DNA of 63,150 nucleotides, counting the filler, from a candidate division WOR-3 bacterium (GTDB lineage: Bacteria; SDB-A): NCBI GenBank assembly GCA_016934535.1. It is 3 parts of 3 records of this genome, joined end to end, with 100 filler letters (N's around TTAATTAATTAA, not from the genome) between each part and the next. Parts side by side here need not be neighbours in the genome. Positions count along the whole stretch, not along the records: positions 1 to 30,163 come from JAFGSQ010000029.1; 2 more parts are not named here. One strand, 5' to 3'. Positions 9,633 to 18,415 of this stretch are shown piece by piece (the stretch's first letter is position 1; each line of letters starts with the position of its first letter). The notes below the pieces were generated by a model that worked only from the letters and a program-made list of their open reading frames with translations, did no database searches and had not been told where the DNA came from. The translations under genes and the position numbers were made by a program.

Positions 9633-10556
9633 TCAGGCCGACAACTCCATCATTCTGAGAATAGGCCGTCTCGCTTTTTCTGCAAGTTGAGCGGGTATTG
9701 ACAACGGATTTCCCGGGTTTTCGAGAGTCTCAATCAAAGATTCGAGGGTGTTTTTTTTCATTCCGTAACACAGTCTCGGAAACAATGGCGCAATAAATTT
9801 TTTGTCCGGGTGTAAGGTCCTCAATCTATCGAGATGGCCTTCTTCGGTGCAGACTATGAATTCTCTTTCTGAGCTTTCGGACACGTAATTAAGCATAGCT
9901 GAAGTCGAACCTACAAAATCGCAGATGGAGGTGACTTGTTCCTGACATTCGGGGTGGCACAGAACCAAAGCTTGCGGACAATCATTTCTGGTTTTTTTTA
10001 TGTCTTCCGGATAGATTTCATGATGAACGTAGCAAAAAGCTGAAGCGGTAATGATATCAAAGTCCTTCAATATACCGGCCACGTAATTGCCCAGATTCTT
10101 GTCGGGAACGAAAATAATTTCCTTTTTTCCGAGCCTTTTTGCAAGTTTGACCGCATTTGAACTTGTACAAACTACATCGCTTACGGATTTTAATTCCAGG
10201 GTCGAGTTTATGTAACACATTACAGCCGCAGAAGGGTGTTTTTCTTTTATCTGGAGGACGTCTTCTTCTTTCAGCATTTCGGCCATTGTGCAATGAGCGT
10301 TCTTTTCGGGTGAGAAAATGTTTTTTTCCGGGTTCAGTACAGCTGCGGTTTCCGCCATGAAGCTGACGCCGCAAATCGCTATATTGCTTTGTTGACTCGA
10401 ATGAGCCGTCTTGCAGAGTTCGAACGAGTCTCCTACCATGTCAGCCGCCTCTTGTATCTCAAGGCGCTGATAATTATGAGCGAGAATCAGGAAATCTTTC
10501 TCTTTTTTCAGAGATTTGATTTTTTCTATAACTGTCCGTTCTTTCAACTCTAACAT
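9633..10556 (-). CDS. nadA: Quinolinate synthase
   Basis: ILAHNYQ, GDS, CGVSFMAE, YINS, CTSSNA, PDKNLG, CYVH, HPEC. Confidence 0.95.
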   Translation of the reverse strand: MLELKERTVIEKIKSLKKEKDFLILAHNYQRLEIQEAADMVGDSFELCKTAHSSQQSNIAICGVSFMAETAAVLNPEKNIFSPEKNAHCTMAEMLKEEDVLQIKEKHPSAAVMCYINSTLELKSVSDVVCTSSNAVKLAKRLGKKEIIFVPDKNLGNYVAGILKDFDIITASAFCYVHHEIYPEDIKKTRNDCPQALVLCHPECQEQVTSICDFVGSTSAMLNYVSESSEREFIVCTEEGHLDRLRTLHPDKKFIAPLFPRLCYGMKKNTLESLIETLENPGNPLSIPAQLAEKARRPILRMMELSA

Positions 10557-10571
10557 TCCTTGATTTTTGAG

Positions 10572-10605
10572 AAAAAAAGAGGCGGAGCGAAAAACGCTCC
10601 GCCTA
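10572..10605 (-). terminator. Rho-independent terminator after the DUF5684-like gene
   Basis: Minus strand AGGCGGAGCG-TTTTT-CGCTCCGCCT followed by CTTTTTTT. Confidence 0.8.
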
Positions 10606-10609
10606 AAGT

Positions 10610-11029
10610 TTATTCAGACCAAGCTATATACCCCGGAGCGATGATGTTCATCACGGGGACGAGGAACATGATACCCCACCAGCTCGGTTTTCCTCTCGCT
10701 TCTGCTATTGCCATCCATACCATAACCGAGATGACAATGTTGACGAAGGGGATCATGAAAAGCACTATCCACCACGTCGGCTGCTGTGAGAGTTCGAGCA
10801 TAAGAAGCACATTGAGTATGGGAATCCATGCCCACCATGCTTTTTCCGTGGCTCCGAGCTTTTTCGCAATAGTCATCAAAGCCATGGAATAATAAACGTA
10901 CGAACCAATGATAAGCAGAATGTAAAAAATCCAAAAACAGCATACCATGCCCATTGCGCCAAAGGCGCCTGCGGCGTCTGTAGCGTCAGTTTCTGAAGTC
11001 TGGGCAAGTATGTTCAGGTATTGAATCAT
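10610..11029 (-). CDS. DUF5684-like membrane protein
   Basis: IAKKLG...WWAWIPILN...WWIVLFMIPFVN pattern. Confidence 0.7.
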   Translation of the reverse strand: MIQYLNILAQTSETDATDAAGAFGAMGMVCCFWIFYILLIIGSYVYYSMALMTIAKKLGATEKAWWAWIPILNVLLMLELSQQPTWWIVLFMIPFVNIVISVMVWMAIAEARGKPSWWGIMFLVPVMNIIAPGYIAWSE

Positions 11030-11042
11030 TTCTGCCGCTCTT

Positions 11043-11339
11043 TTACTTTACTTCATTGTATTTCTGCTGAGTGAGGAACATTCCGACCGGATTTACGAAC
11101 CAGAAAAGAATGAAAGCCATAACGCCGGTCTGGGCGCCTGCCGTTACTTTTTCCACGCCTTCGGAATATTTCCAAAGCCAGAATATACCGACTACGGGTA
11201 TGAAAAGAAGAATGGGATTCGGAACCGTAGCGCCTTTGGCGTTGAGTTCTGAACATGTCTGCCAGAACCAAATCAAATTGTATATTCCAAGGGTTACGCA
11301 TCCGAGAATGAGGACCATTATTGGATTACGCTGTGTCAT
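11043..11339 (-). CDS. DUF4234-like membrane protein
   Basis: RNPIMVLILGCVTLGIYNLIWFW...Q..YN pattern. Confidence 0.7.
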   Translation of the reverse strand: MTQRNPIMVLILGCVTLGIYNLIWFWQTCSELNAKGATVPNPILLFIPVVGIFWLWKYSEGVEKVTAGAQTGVMAFILFWFVNPVGMFLTQQKYNEVK

Positions 11340-11354
11340 CTGTTACCTCCCGTT

Positions 11355-12764
11355 TTATCCTTTGATGTTTCCTAGCGGCCTACCCCTGAGTATCTCCCGG
11401 GTCAGCCCAGCTTTTGTCACTGTTTCTACGATGTCTTCCAATCCTTTATAAGCTTCCGGCGCTTCCTCTGAAACGCCTTCACGAGAGTTATTTTTAACAT
11501 AAATTCCCTTTTTCATCAACTGTTTTTTAATGTCGCTTTCCCTGAATTTTTTTGTCGCCTGTTTTCGGCTCAAAAGTCTTCCCGATCCGTGGGGAAGCGA
11601 GAAAAATGTTTCCTCGCATTTGTCTTCGGGAGACAAGAGAATAAAACCTGATCCCATCGAACCGGGAATAATGACGGGTGAAGAAAAAAGCCCGCCGCCG
11701 AAAGAGGTCATTTTTCGACTGTCGGCTCTGGTGGCTCCTTTCCTGTGAACCATGATTTTTCTGCCGCGCCAATTCTCTATCATTGCTATATTGTGACAGC
11801 AATCGCAGACGAGTTCGCAAGTCAAGCTGTTTGAAATGTTCTTTTTTAGGACAGTTCTGATCCTGTGAGTCATCAGCTGTCTGTTGGCGAATGCGAAATT
11901 GGCTCCGGCGTTCATCGCGGCGAAATATTTTTTTCCGTTTTCTTCGTCCGATCGTGTATAGACAAGCTGTCTGTCTTTAAGAAAGATGTTTTTATTACGA
12001 GTTTCTTTCTCGAGAATTCTTACCCAATCTGTTGTTATCTGGTGACCCAGTCCCCTCGAACCTGAATGTATAAGGATGACGATTTCGTCTTTGAACAAGC
12101 CTGCGGCTCCCGCGAATTTTTCATCGAGTATCTCTCCGACTGCGTCTATTTCGATGAAATGATTGCCTGATCCCAGACTTCCGAGCTGAAAAGAACCCCT
12201 CTCGACGGCTTTTTGTGAAACTTCTCCGGGATCAGATTCCGCCAGATGTCCGCGGGATTCGCATCTTTCAAGATCAGTCTCCTCTCCCATACCTATTTCT
12301 ACGATAAATTCAGCTCCTTTATCCAGTATCCGGGCAAGTTCCTTGTTTCCTGGTCTGTATATTGCCCCCTGTCCCAGTCCGAGAGGTATGTTTTGAAAAA
12401 TCAGGTCGGTTATGCAGGAAATTTTTTTGGAGAAATCCTTCAGAGGCACTCCCGTTTTCATCATTCTGATTCCGCAGTTTATGTCGTATCCTATGCCTCC
12501 GGGTGAAATTATGCCTCCGGGGTAGGGAAATGCGGCCACCCCTCCTATTGGGAAGCCGTAACCCTGGTGAGCGTCAGGCATTGCTATAGAATATAACAAA
12601 ATGCCTGGAAGAGATGCGACATTTTCGATCTGATTCATCACGTTTTCATCAAGACCTCGGAGTATTCTTTCGTTGGCGTAAATCCTTCCCGGGACGTTCA
12701 TGCCTTTTTTTTGGGTAAGTTCGTATGTGTTGGCGGATAAAAAACACAGTCCGGGATCAGACAT
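11355..12764 (-). CDS. rtcB: RNA-splicing/repair ligase RtcB
   Basis: MPDAHQGYGFPIGG, GYDINCG, GSGNHF, HSGSRG, HRKGAT, PGSMG, HGSGR, EEAPEAYK. ATG 12764 overlaps the archease stop. Confidence 0.95.
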   Translation of the reverse strand: MSDPGLCFLSANTYELTQKKGMNVPGRIYANERILRGLDENVMNQIENVASLPGILLYSIAMPDAHQGYGFPIGGVAAFPYPGGIISPGGIGYDINCGIRMMKTGVPLKDFSKKISCITDLIFQNIPLGLGQGAIYRPGNKELARILDKGAEFIVEIGMGEETDLERCESRGHLAESDPGEVSQKAVERGSFQLGSLGSGNHFIEIDAVGEILDEKFAGAAGLFKDEIVILIHSGSRGLGHQITTDWVRILEKETRNKNIFLKDRQLVYTRSDEENGKKYFAAMNAGANFAFANRQLMTHRIRTVLKKNISNSLTCELVCDCCHNIAMIENWRGRKIMVHRKGATRADSRKMTSFGGGLFSSPVIIPGSMGSGFILLSPEDKCEETFFSLPHGSGRLLSRKQATKKFRESDIKKQLMKKGIYVKNNSREGVSEEAPEAYKGLEDIVETVTKAGLTREILRGRPLGNIKG

Positions 12765-13182
12765 CGAGGACAATCCTTCCGTAGTATCTGCCGTTTTTTT
12801 TCTCGACTGACAATCCGTTATATGTTGCGCCTTTGATGTTGTTTCCCAGTTCTGTTCCCGGTATGATTACATTGAAATTCATTTGAGACTTCAGTGAATA
12901 CCTGTCCTTTTCAGTTTTTATTATTTTCAAAGATTTGAATCCGCGCGGCAGAATACATTTAGAGTCGGTCAGAAAAATGATTTCAGAAACAAAATCAAGG
13001 AGAAGATTCTCGACCCCTTCCGATTCAATTTCAAAAAAAAGCGTTCCGTCAGGCTTCTTATTAACTGGAGCGCTCATAATGAAAGACAAGGCTTCGGCTA
13101 CATCGGAGAAAAGGTCTGGAAGAGTTTTTCCGCAGGCTTCAATTCCGACGTCAGCCGTGTGATCAAAAAAACTGTAGCTCAT
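12757..13182 (-). CDS. Archease (RtcB activator)
   Basis: DHTAD N-terminus, IKGATY, C-terminal LDV. Confidence 0.92.
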   Translation of the reverse strand: MSYSFFDHTADVGIEACGKTLPDLFSDVAEALSFIMSAPVNKKPDGTLFFEIESEGVENLLLDFVSEIIFLTDSKCILPRGFKSLKIIKTEKDRYSLKSQMNFNVIIPGTELGNNIKGATYNGLSVEKKNGRYYGRIVLDV

Positions 13183-13221
13183 TGAAGTTGATTTATTTTT
13201 CCTTCAGTTGTTAAATATAGA

Positions 13222-13608
13222 ATGGCTTTGGGAAGAAAAAAAGAAGTATTTATCGGCACTGCTGTGATAGTGCCGTGTCTGATTTTTTTTTCATTTGCAT
13301 TTTTTTACAGAAAATCCCATAAAGACCCGGGCAGACTGACATGCCGTTTTGAAAACATTGATTCTTCCGACCTTGTTTCGGTGAACATAAGATCCAATTA
13401 TTTCGACGCGCCGGTTCTGAGAACTTCCATTCCTCCGTCAAGCATTTCCGTAGACCTGAGAAATCTTGTTCCCGGAACTCTTTACGTAAAATACGACAAC
13501 CGCGAACTTTCCGACAAGACGATTACTGTCAGAGTATTGATAGGGGGCATGGAAGTTGAAAAAAGGGAGCTCGTGCCGAGCTCCCGGATGGTAATTCCAC
13601 TGGAGTGA
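13222..13608 (+). CDS. Hypothetical protein with N-terminal TM anchor
   Basis: One hydrophobic helix plus a small beta-rich domain; fills the gap between flanking genes. Confidence 0.6.
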   Translation: MALGRKKEVFIGTAVIVPCLIFFSFAFFYRKSHKDPGRLTCRFENIDSSDLVSVNIRSNYFDAPVLRTSIPPSSISVDLRNLVPGTLYVKYDNRELSDKTITVRVLIGGMEVEKRELVPSSRMVIPLE

Positions 13609-13611
13609 TTG

Positions 13612-14871
13612 TTAAGGGGATTGGGGAATTACGTTGTTCAGTCCACTGTCAATTTTTTCTTTTTCCTTCTCTATGGCTTTTGCCAGTCTTTGAATTCCGG
13701 TATCTATCTCTTCTTCCGAGGGGTAGGAGAAATTCAGCCTCATAGTGTTCTGGCCTCCGCCGTCGCAGTAAAATGCACTGCCTATGACGTAGGCTACGTT
13801 TTCTTTTATGGCCTCGTAAAACATTCTGTCCGCGCTCATGGACACAGGAAGGGTGACCCACAGAAAAAGCCCGCCGTCGGGTTTGGTCCAGGACAAACCG
13901 TCCATCTTGGGCATGTACTTTTCGAGCGCTTCGAGCATTTTCAATCTTTTTCTGCTGTAGAGTTCAATGTTTTTATCTATTCTCTCGTCTAACAGATCGG
14001 CCTTGATGTATTCTCTCGCTATAGCCTGAGTAAAGAGGGAAGTGCATAGGTCCATACCCTGTTTGGCCAGGATCATTTTTTCTATTACGTGTTTGGGTCC
14101 CACAATCCAGCCCAGCCTGAAACCGGGCAGGAAAATTTTCGAAAAAGTGTAAAGAGTGACGACGTATCCTTTCCCGTCGTCGAGTTCGAAAATTGTTGGG
14201 ATAGGCTTGCCGCTGTACCTCAACTTTCTGTATGGAGAATCCTCGATTATCAGAACGTCGAATTCTTTGGCTATTTCGAGAAGCTGCTTTCTTCTTTCAA
14301 GAGATAGCGTAACTCCTGCCGGATTTTGAAAATCGGGGATGACGTATATGAATTTGGGTTTTTTTCCTTCTTTGACGAGTCTTTTTATCTGTTCCCTCAC
14401 CTGTTCGGTTATTATCCCGTCGTCATCAAGAGGAACTCCTATCATTGTACCCCGGACGGCGCTTGCCGACTGAAGAAATCCGAGATACGTCGGAAGCCCT
14501 ACTATGCATGTGTCCTCGGGATTGAGGAAAATCCTCGCTACAAGATCGAGTGCCTGCTGGGAGGCGCTGACTACGAGCATCTGATCCGGAGTCACTTTTA
14601 TGTTGTCTTTTGCCAGCCATTTGCACAGTTCTTCTTTTAAACCCTGATCTCCTTCGGTCGTCGAGTACTGGAGTATTTTTTTTCCTTCGTTGTGAAGAAG
14701 TTCCGTGACAATGCCTTTCAGATGGGCTATGGGAAATGTGTCGTGGTGGGGAAGTCCTCCGGCGAATGATATTATCTCGGGTTTTGCCGTCAGTTTGAGA
14801 AGTTCTCTGATGGCTGACTTTTTGAAACACTTGGCGTTTTCGGAAAAAAGCAGATCGTAATGGAGCGGCAT
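13612..14871 (-). CDS. PLP-dependent class I/II aminotransferase (LysN/ARO8-like)
   Basis: SAIRELLK, ISFAGGLP, PDFQNPAG, IIEDSPY, TFSKIFLPGFRLGW, MRLNFS. Confidence 0.9.
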   Translation of the reverse strand: MPLHYDLLFSENAKCFKKSAIRELLKLTAKPEIISFAGGLPHHDTFPIAHLKGIVTELLHNEGKKILQYSTTEGDQGLKEELCKWLAKDNIKVTPDQMLVVSASQQALDLVARIFLNPEDTCIVGLPTYLGFLQSASAVRGTMIGVPLDDDGIITEQVREQIKRLVKEGKKPKFIYVIPDFQNPAGVTLSLERRKQLLEIAKEFDVLIIEDSPYRKLRYSGKPIPTIFELDDGKGYVVTLYTFSKIFLPGFRLGWIVGPKHVIEKMILAKQGMDLCTSLFTQAIAREYIKADLLDERIDKNIELYSRKRLKMLEALEKYMPKMDGLSWTKPDGGLFLWVTLPVSMSADRMFYEAIKENVAYVIGSAFYCDGGGQNTMRLNFSYPSEEEIDTGIQRLAKAIEKEKEKIDSGLNNVIPQSP

Positions 14872-14909
14872 CTGACCTCCTTTTTAGGGTTGATTTGAGA
14901 TACAATAAT

Positions 14910-14938
14910 ATTCTATATCAATTGGAAGAAAATGTAAA
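14910..14938 (-). promoter_or_regulatory. Sigma70-type promoter for the aminotransferase
   Basis: TTTACA-17nt-TAGAAT on the minus strand. Confidence 0.5.
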
Positions 14939-14958
14939 AAAAATTGAAAAACAGTTTC

Positions 14959-16047
14959 TCAATAGATTATATCTCTCCTCTGTCTGGCGAGTTTTGCGAT
15001 TCTCTTTTCCCACTCGTTTTTATCGTTTCTGGCCGATGATTTCAATTTTGATTCATATTCCATTTCTTTCCTGAGCTTCAGATAGCTTTTGTATCTTTTC
15101 TGATCGAGACAACCTTCTTCAATAGCTTGCAGAACAGAGCAACCAGGTTCATGAACGTGAGTACAGTCCGCATATTTACACCGGCTTGAAAGCTCGGATA
15201 TTTCTTCAAAAACTGAATCTAGATCGGCGTCTTCATCGAAAAGCCCGAATTCCCTCATTCCAGGAGTGTCAATGAGAGCGATTTTGTCTTTTAGAAATAT
15301 CATCTGTCTCCTCGAAGTCGTGTGCCTGCCTCTTGAGTCTTTTTCACGCACGCAGGCGGTTTCTAAAATTTGTTCACCGGCGAGTACGTTTATGAGAGTT
15401 GATTTTCCTGTCCCTGAAGATCCTATCAGGCAGAATGTTTCTCCGGTTATCAATTCATTTAATATTCTTTCGATGCCGTTTCCGTTCAAAGAACTGTATG
15501 GAATAACTGCAATTCCGGGAGCAGCTTTCAATATTAGGTCTGTCTTTTCGAAAAGTTCTTCGTCTTCGACGAGGTCGCTTTTGCTCAAAAGAACGACCGG
15601 TCTTATTCCGCTGTTATTTATCGCTGTCAGGTATCTCTCTATCCTTCTCGGATTGAAATTGCCATCCAAACCCTGAACAATGAAGGCCGTTCCGACGTTC
15701 GCCGCAATGATCTGCCCGGAAGCAATATATGTCGGTTTTTTGCCCGATCCCGCTTCTTTCCTCGCTAAAAAATTCTGCCTCGGCATTATCTCTTGTATTA
15801 TGCCCGGTGAATTGTCAGAGCAAGTTTTGACGGCGACAAGGTCGCCGACCGCGGGGTAATCAAACGGCGTAGAAGCAAAATATTCGAGTTTACCGGAGAT
15901 TTCAGCCGTAATTTCGGCAAAAGATGTCAGAACTTTGTATCTGTCTCTCTCCTGTGATATTACGAGGCCGAGGTCCAAGCTTTTACATTTACATTCATTT
16001 TCTGCGTCAATATATTTAGTTTTACAAACGTCAAACCAGAAGTGCAT
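14959..16047 (-). CDS. rsgA: Ribosome small subunit-dependent GTPase A (long type)
   Basis: OB fold (PAVGD), circularly permuted GTPase SKSD / GSSGTGKS / GRHTT / DTPG, Zn site CKYADCTHVHEPGC. Confidence 0.93.
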   Translation of the reverse strand: MHFWFDVCKTKYIDAENECKCKSLDLGLVISQERDRYKVLTSFAEITAEISGKLEYFASTPFDYPAVGDLVAVKTCSDNSPGIIQEIMPRQNFLARKEAGSGKKPTYIASGQIIAANVGTAFIVQGLDGNFNPRRIERYLTAINNSGIRPVVLLSKSDLVEDEELFEKTDLILKAAPGIAVIPYSSLNGNGIERILNELITGETFCLIGSSGTGKSTLINVLAGEQILETACVREKDSRGRHTTSRRQMIFLKDKIALIDTPGMREFGLFDEDADLDSVFEEISELSSRCKYADCTHVHEPGCSVLQAIEEGCLDQKRYKSYLKLRKEMEYESKLKSSARNDKNEWEKRIAKLARQRRDIIY

Positions 16048-16116
16048 CTTTGACTCCCTTTGAGTAGGATTTTTCTTGTATTTGTTTTCGGAAGCGACCC
16101 CGTAAAAATTACGGGA

Positions 16117-16167
16117 TCAGATCAGGGCCGAAAGCCTTTCGGCGCCGAGTACTGATATTTTTGTCAT
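16117..16167 (-). CDS. Putative 16-aa leader peptide MTKISVLGAERLSALI upstream of rsgA
   Basis: Strong SD GGGAGGAGGT (16176-16185), ATG 16167, TGA 16117; lies between the promoter and rsgA. Confidence 0.6.
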   Translation of the reverse strand: MTKISVLGAERLSALI

Positions 16168-16212
16168 AATTCGACACCTCCTCCCGGCAATGGTTTAAAA
16201 TTTGTCAAACGC

Positions 16213-16241
16213 ATTCTATTGCAATTTTTTTTTTGGGTCAA
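16213..16241 (-). promoter_or_regulatory. Sigma70-type promoter for leader-rsgA
   Basis: TTGACC-17nt-TAGAAT on the minus strand. Confidence 0.65.
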
Positions 16242-16270
16242 TAAAAAAGTTAAGGGATTACAGCAGCAAT

Positions 16271-16298
16271 AAAAAAGGGGCTATAAAGCCCCTTTTTT
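16271..16298 (-). terminator. Rho-independent terminator after the secreted BNR protein gene
   Basis: AAAAAAGGGGCT-ATAA-AGCCCCTTTTTT. Confidence 0.8.
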
Positions 16299-16319
16299 AA
16301 GAACGGATTGAGTAAATAC

Positions 16320-18119
16320 TTATTGAGCCAGGAAAGCCCTTCGGGTCTTTGTACCCTCAGGCGTGCTCATTGTGAAGAAATATGATCCCTGAGCAAATTC
16401 CGGTGAGAAATCCAATGTGTAGGTTCCCGGTTCCCTGACTCCGTCGAATACTTTTGCTACGTTTCTTCCCGTGACGTCGAAGACGTCAATGGAGACATTG
16501 CCTGCAGATGCGACCGAGTAGGTTATCCTGAAATTTCTTCCGATCTGGGATACGGCGAAAGTTTCGGTTCCGAGGTCGCCTATAACTGGTTCCTCTTCGA
16601 CTCCTGTTACGGCTGTCCTGTCAAACCACACGCTGTACACAGAACTGTGGTAATCCGTCCACATGACGCAGGCGTTGGATCTTGCGTAGTCATAGCATAC
16701 CCTCGGTCCGTAATCCCAGCTGAGGTTAGTCAGATCGTCGTTTATGACGACGGAAGTCGACCACGAAGTCGGAGCAGATATGTGTCCTTCTTTGTAGCGC
16801 AATTCCTCAGAACTCGCCTGGTCAATCCTGAAGACTGCGAATACGTCGGAGCTCAAGTAGTCAATGTAGACGAAGGGTTTGAAACAATTGTCGTAAGCAG
16901 TGACCCATGCGTCTTCGATCCAGGTAGCTCCGTTGTCAGTCGAATAGTAGTTGTAGAGATGCTGGGTTGTATATGTCGTGTCCGAGACCCTGGCTATGCA
17001 GAACCAGGTATGATTATAGTGAGAACCGGCAATCGTGGGCTGGTTTTCGTCCATGTGGTTGTGCATGTCAGTGATATATATGACCGAAGACCAATCGCTT
17101 CCGCCGTTTGAAGAAGTGTAACCTCTTATGTATTCATCGAATGACTGCGGCCAGCCACTCGGATGCAAAGAAGTTACGAGCACCAAGTTATCGAGTTGGC
17201 CTACTTCTAAACCGGTTTCGTAGAAGTAAATTCCATCGCCGTTTGAATTGGTGATTGTGTCCTGGATTTCCCAGGTCGAGACGTCCATGTCGCTTGATCT
17301 GGCAAAGCGGACGTAAGTCTGGTCTGTTCCGGTTGTGTGGCCCTGGGTCCAGGTCGCGAAAATCCATTTCGAGTTGTAATTCGGTCCATCGTTTGTCACT
17401 ACGAAATCTTTTATGTAATCGGTTATATACCCTCCCGAGGGTGAACCGTAGGTAATGTCCGTAAGAGCCGCTCCCGGCAGAACGGTTTTTACCCATGCCT
17501 GATAATTGCCTGAACCGTCTCTCATGTAGTAATACATTATAAGCGTGTCGTCGGCGACGCTTAGCCTCGGGTGGTAAATTGCGATAGAAAATGACACTTC
17601 GTTGCACGTAGACCAGGAAGTTCCCCCGTTAGTCGATCTTCTGGTCACTCTGTAGTAGTTCGGCGAAGAATAATAGACGAATATCGAGTACAAGTCGCCG
17701 TTGCTCAGAGAAACTATGTTGCCTCCATAACAGTTGTCCCTCGAATCTATCCTTATGTCCGTTCCCCAGAAAGGAGCGTAGGAAGAAGGTTCTCCTGTTT
17801 CGTCACCGGATTCGGGTCTTTGTCTTGTAACTGTGCCGGTAAGATCCGTCGTCGAAGGGTCGAATTCTTCGACTCTGTTCTGTTTCCAGAACTGGTTGAT
17901 TTGAAGGGAAAGTTCGTTCGCCCTTTCAATGTCGCCGTATTCTTTCGCGGCTAACATTTCCTGAGTCGCCTGGTCGGCGTCGAAACCAGCCGGAACCGTT
18001 ACGGTGGGTTCGGAAATCAATGTCACCGGTGCAAAGCCTACTCCGTCAGACGGGCCGGCTATGCCGGCTGTCAAAACCTGGGTTAGCAGGCACGACAATA
18101 AAACAAACACTGTTCTCAT
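16320..18119 (-). CDS. Secreted BNR/Asp-box (sialidase-fold) protein with C-terminal FlgD-Ig / T9SS-A sorting-like domain
   Basis: Signal peptide after SD AAGGAGG (ATG 18119); Asp-boxes RSTNGGTSW, TSSNGGSDW, YSTDNGATW; GVEE linker then IDVFDVTGRNV...GSYF. Confidence 0.75.
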   Translation of the reverse strand: MRTVFVLLSCLLTQVLTAGIAGPSDGVGFAPVTLISEPTVTVPAGFDADQATQEMLAAKEYGDIERANELSLQINQFWKQNRVEEFDPSTTDLTGTVTRQRPESGDETGEPSSYAPFWGTDIRIDSRDNCYGGNIVSLSNGDLYSIFVYYSSPNYYRVTRRSTNGGTSWSTCNEVSFSIAIYHPRLSVADDTLIMYYYMRDGSGNYQAWVKTVLPGAALTDITYGSPSGGYITDYIKDFVVTNDGPNYNSKWIFATWTQGHTTGTDQTYVRFARSSDMDVSTWEIQDTITNSNGDGIYFYETGLEVGQLDNLVLVTSLHPSGWPQSFDEYIRGYTSSNGGSDWSSVIYITDMHNHMDENQPTIAGSHYNHTWFCIARVSDTTYTTQHLYNYYSTDNGATWIEDAWVTAYDNCFKPFVYIDYLSSDVFAVFRIDQASSEELRYKEGHISAPTSWSTSVVINDDLTNLSWDYGPRVCYDYARSNACVMWTDYHSSVYSVWFDRTAVTGVEEEPVIGDLGTETFAVSQIGRNFRITYSVASAGNVSIDVFDVTGRNVAKVFDGVREPGTYTLDFSPEFAQGSYFFTMSTPEGTKTRRAFLAQ

Positions 18120-18289
18120 TTTGTCCTCCTTTTTGTTAAAGCCAAACAACTCGTTTTCAAAAACACGAAATTTTTACATATACCTATTAAAAATCACTTA
18201 AATTATACCCGCGTTTTTATAGAAATAATATTGTTTTGTTTAATGCAGTACAAATAAAGAGATTTAAAAAAATCGTTCGAGATTTGATA

Positions 18290-18317
18290 TTGACAAACAG
18301 GCATTGTCCTGTAAAAT
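18290..18317 (+). promoter_or_regulatory. Sigma70-type promoter for hflX
   Basis: TTGACA-16nt-TAAAAT. Confidence 0.65.
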
Positions 18318-18320
18318 CCC

Positions 18321-18411
18321 GGAGGTAAATTTCGTGTAGACCCTGACGACGGTAAAAAACATCTTTCTCATTCATTGTTTATGCTGTTTAATTTCATAAA
18401 AAAGAAAGGTG
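18321..18411 (+). promoter_or_regulatory. hflX 5' leader: SD plus GTG-TAG mini-ORF and SD-sequestering hairpin
   Basis: GGAGGT (18321) then GTGTAG (18334-18339); CATCTTTCT (18360-68) pairs with AGAAAGGTG (18403-11); TTTATG pairs with CATAAA. Confidence 0.5.
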
Positions 18412-18415
18412 GTAA

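Noticed and set aside
18334-18399. Genome-wide TAG recoding (pyrrolysine or alternative code)
   Set aside because: TAG terminates clear genes (DUF1015, ntpK, the 45692 gene), and no conserved gene shows an in-frame TAG
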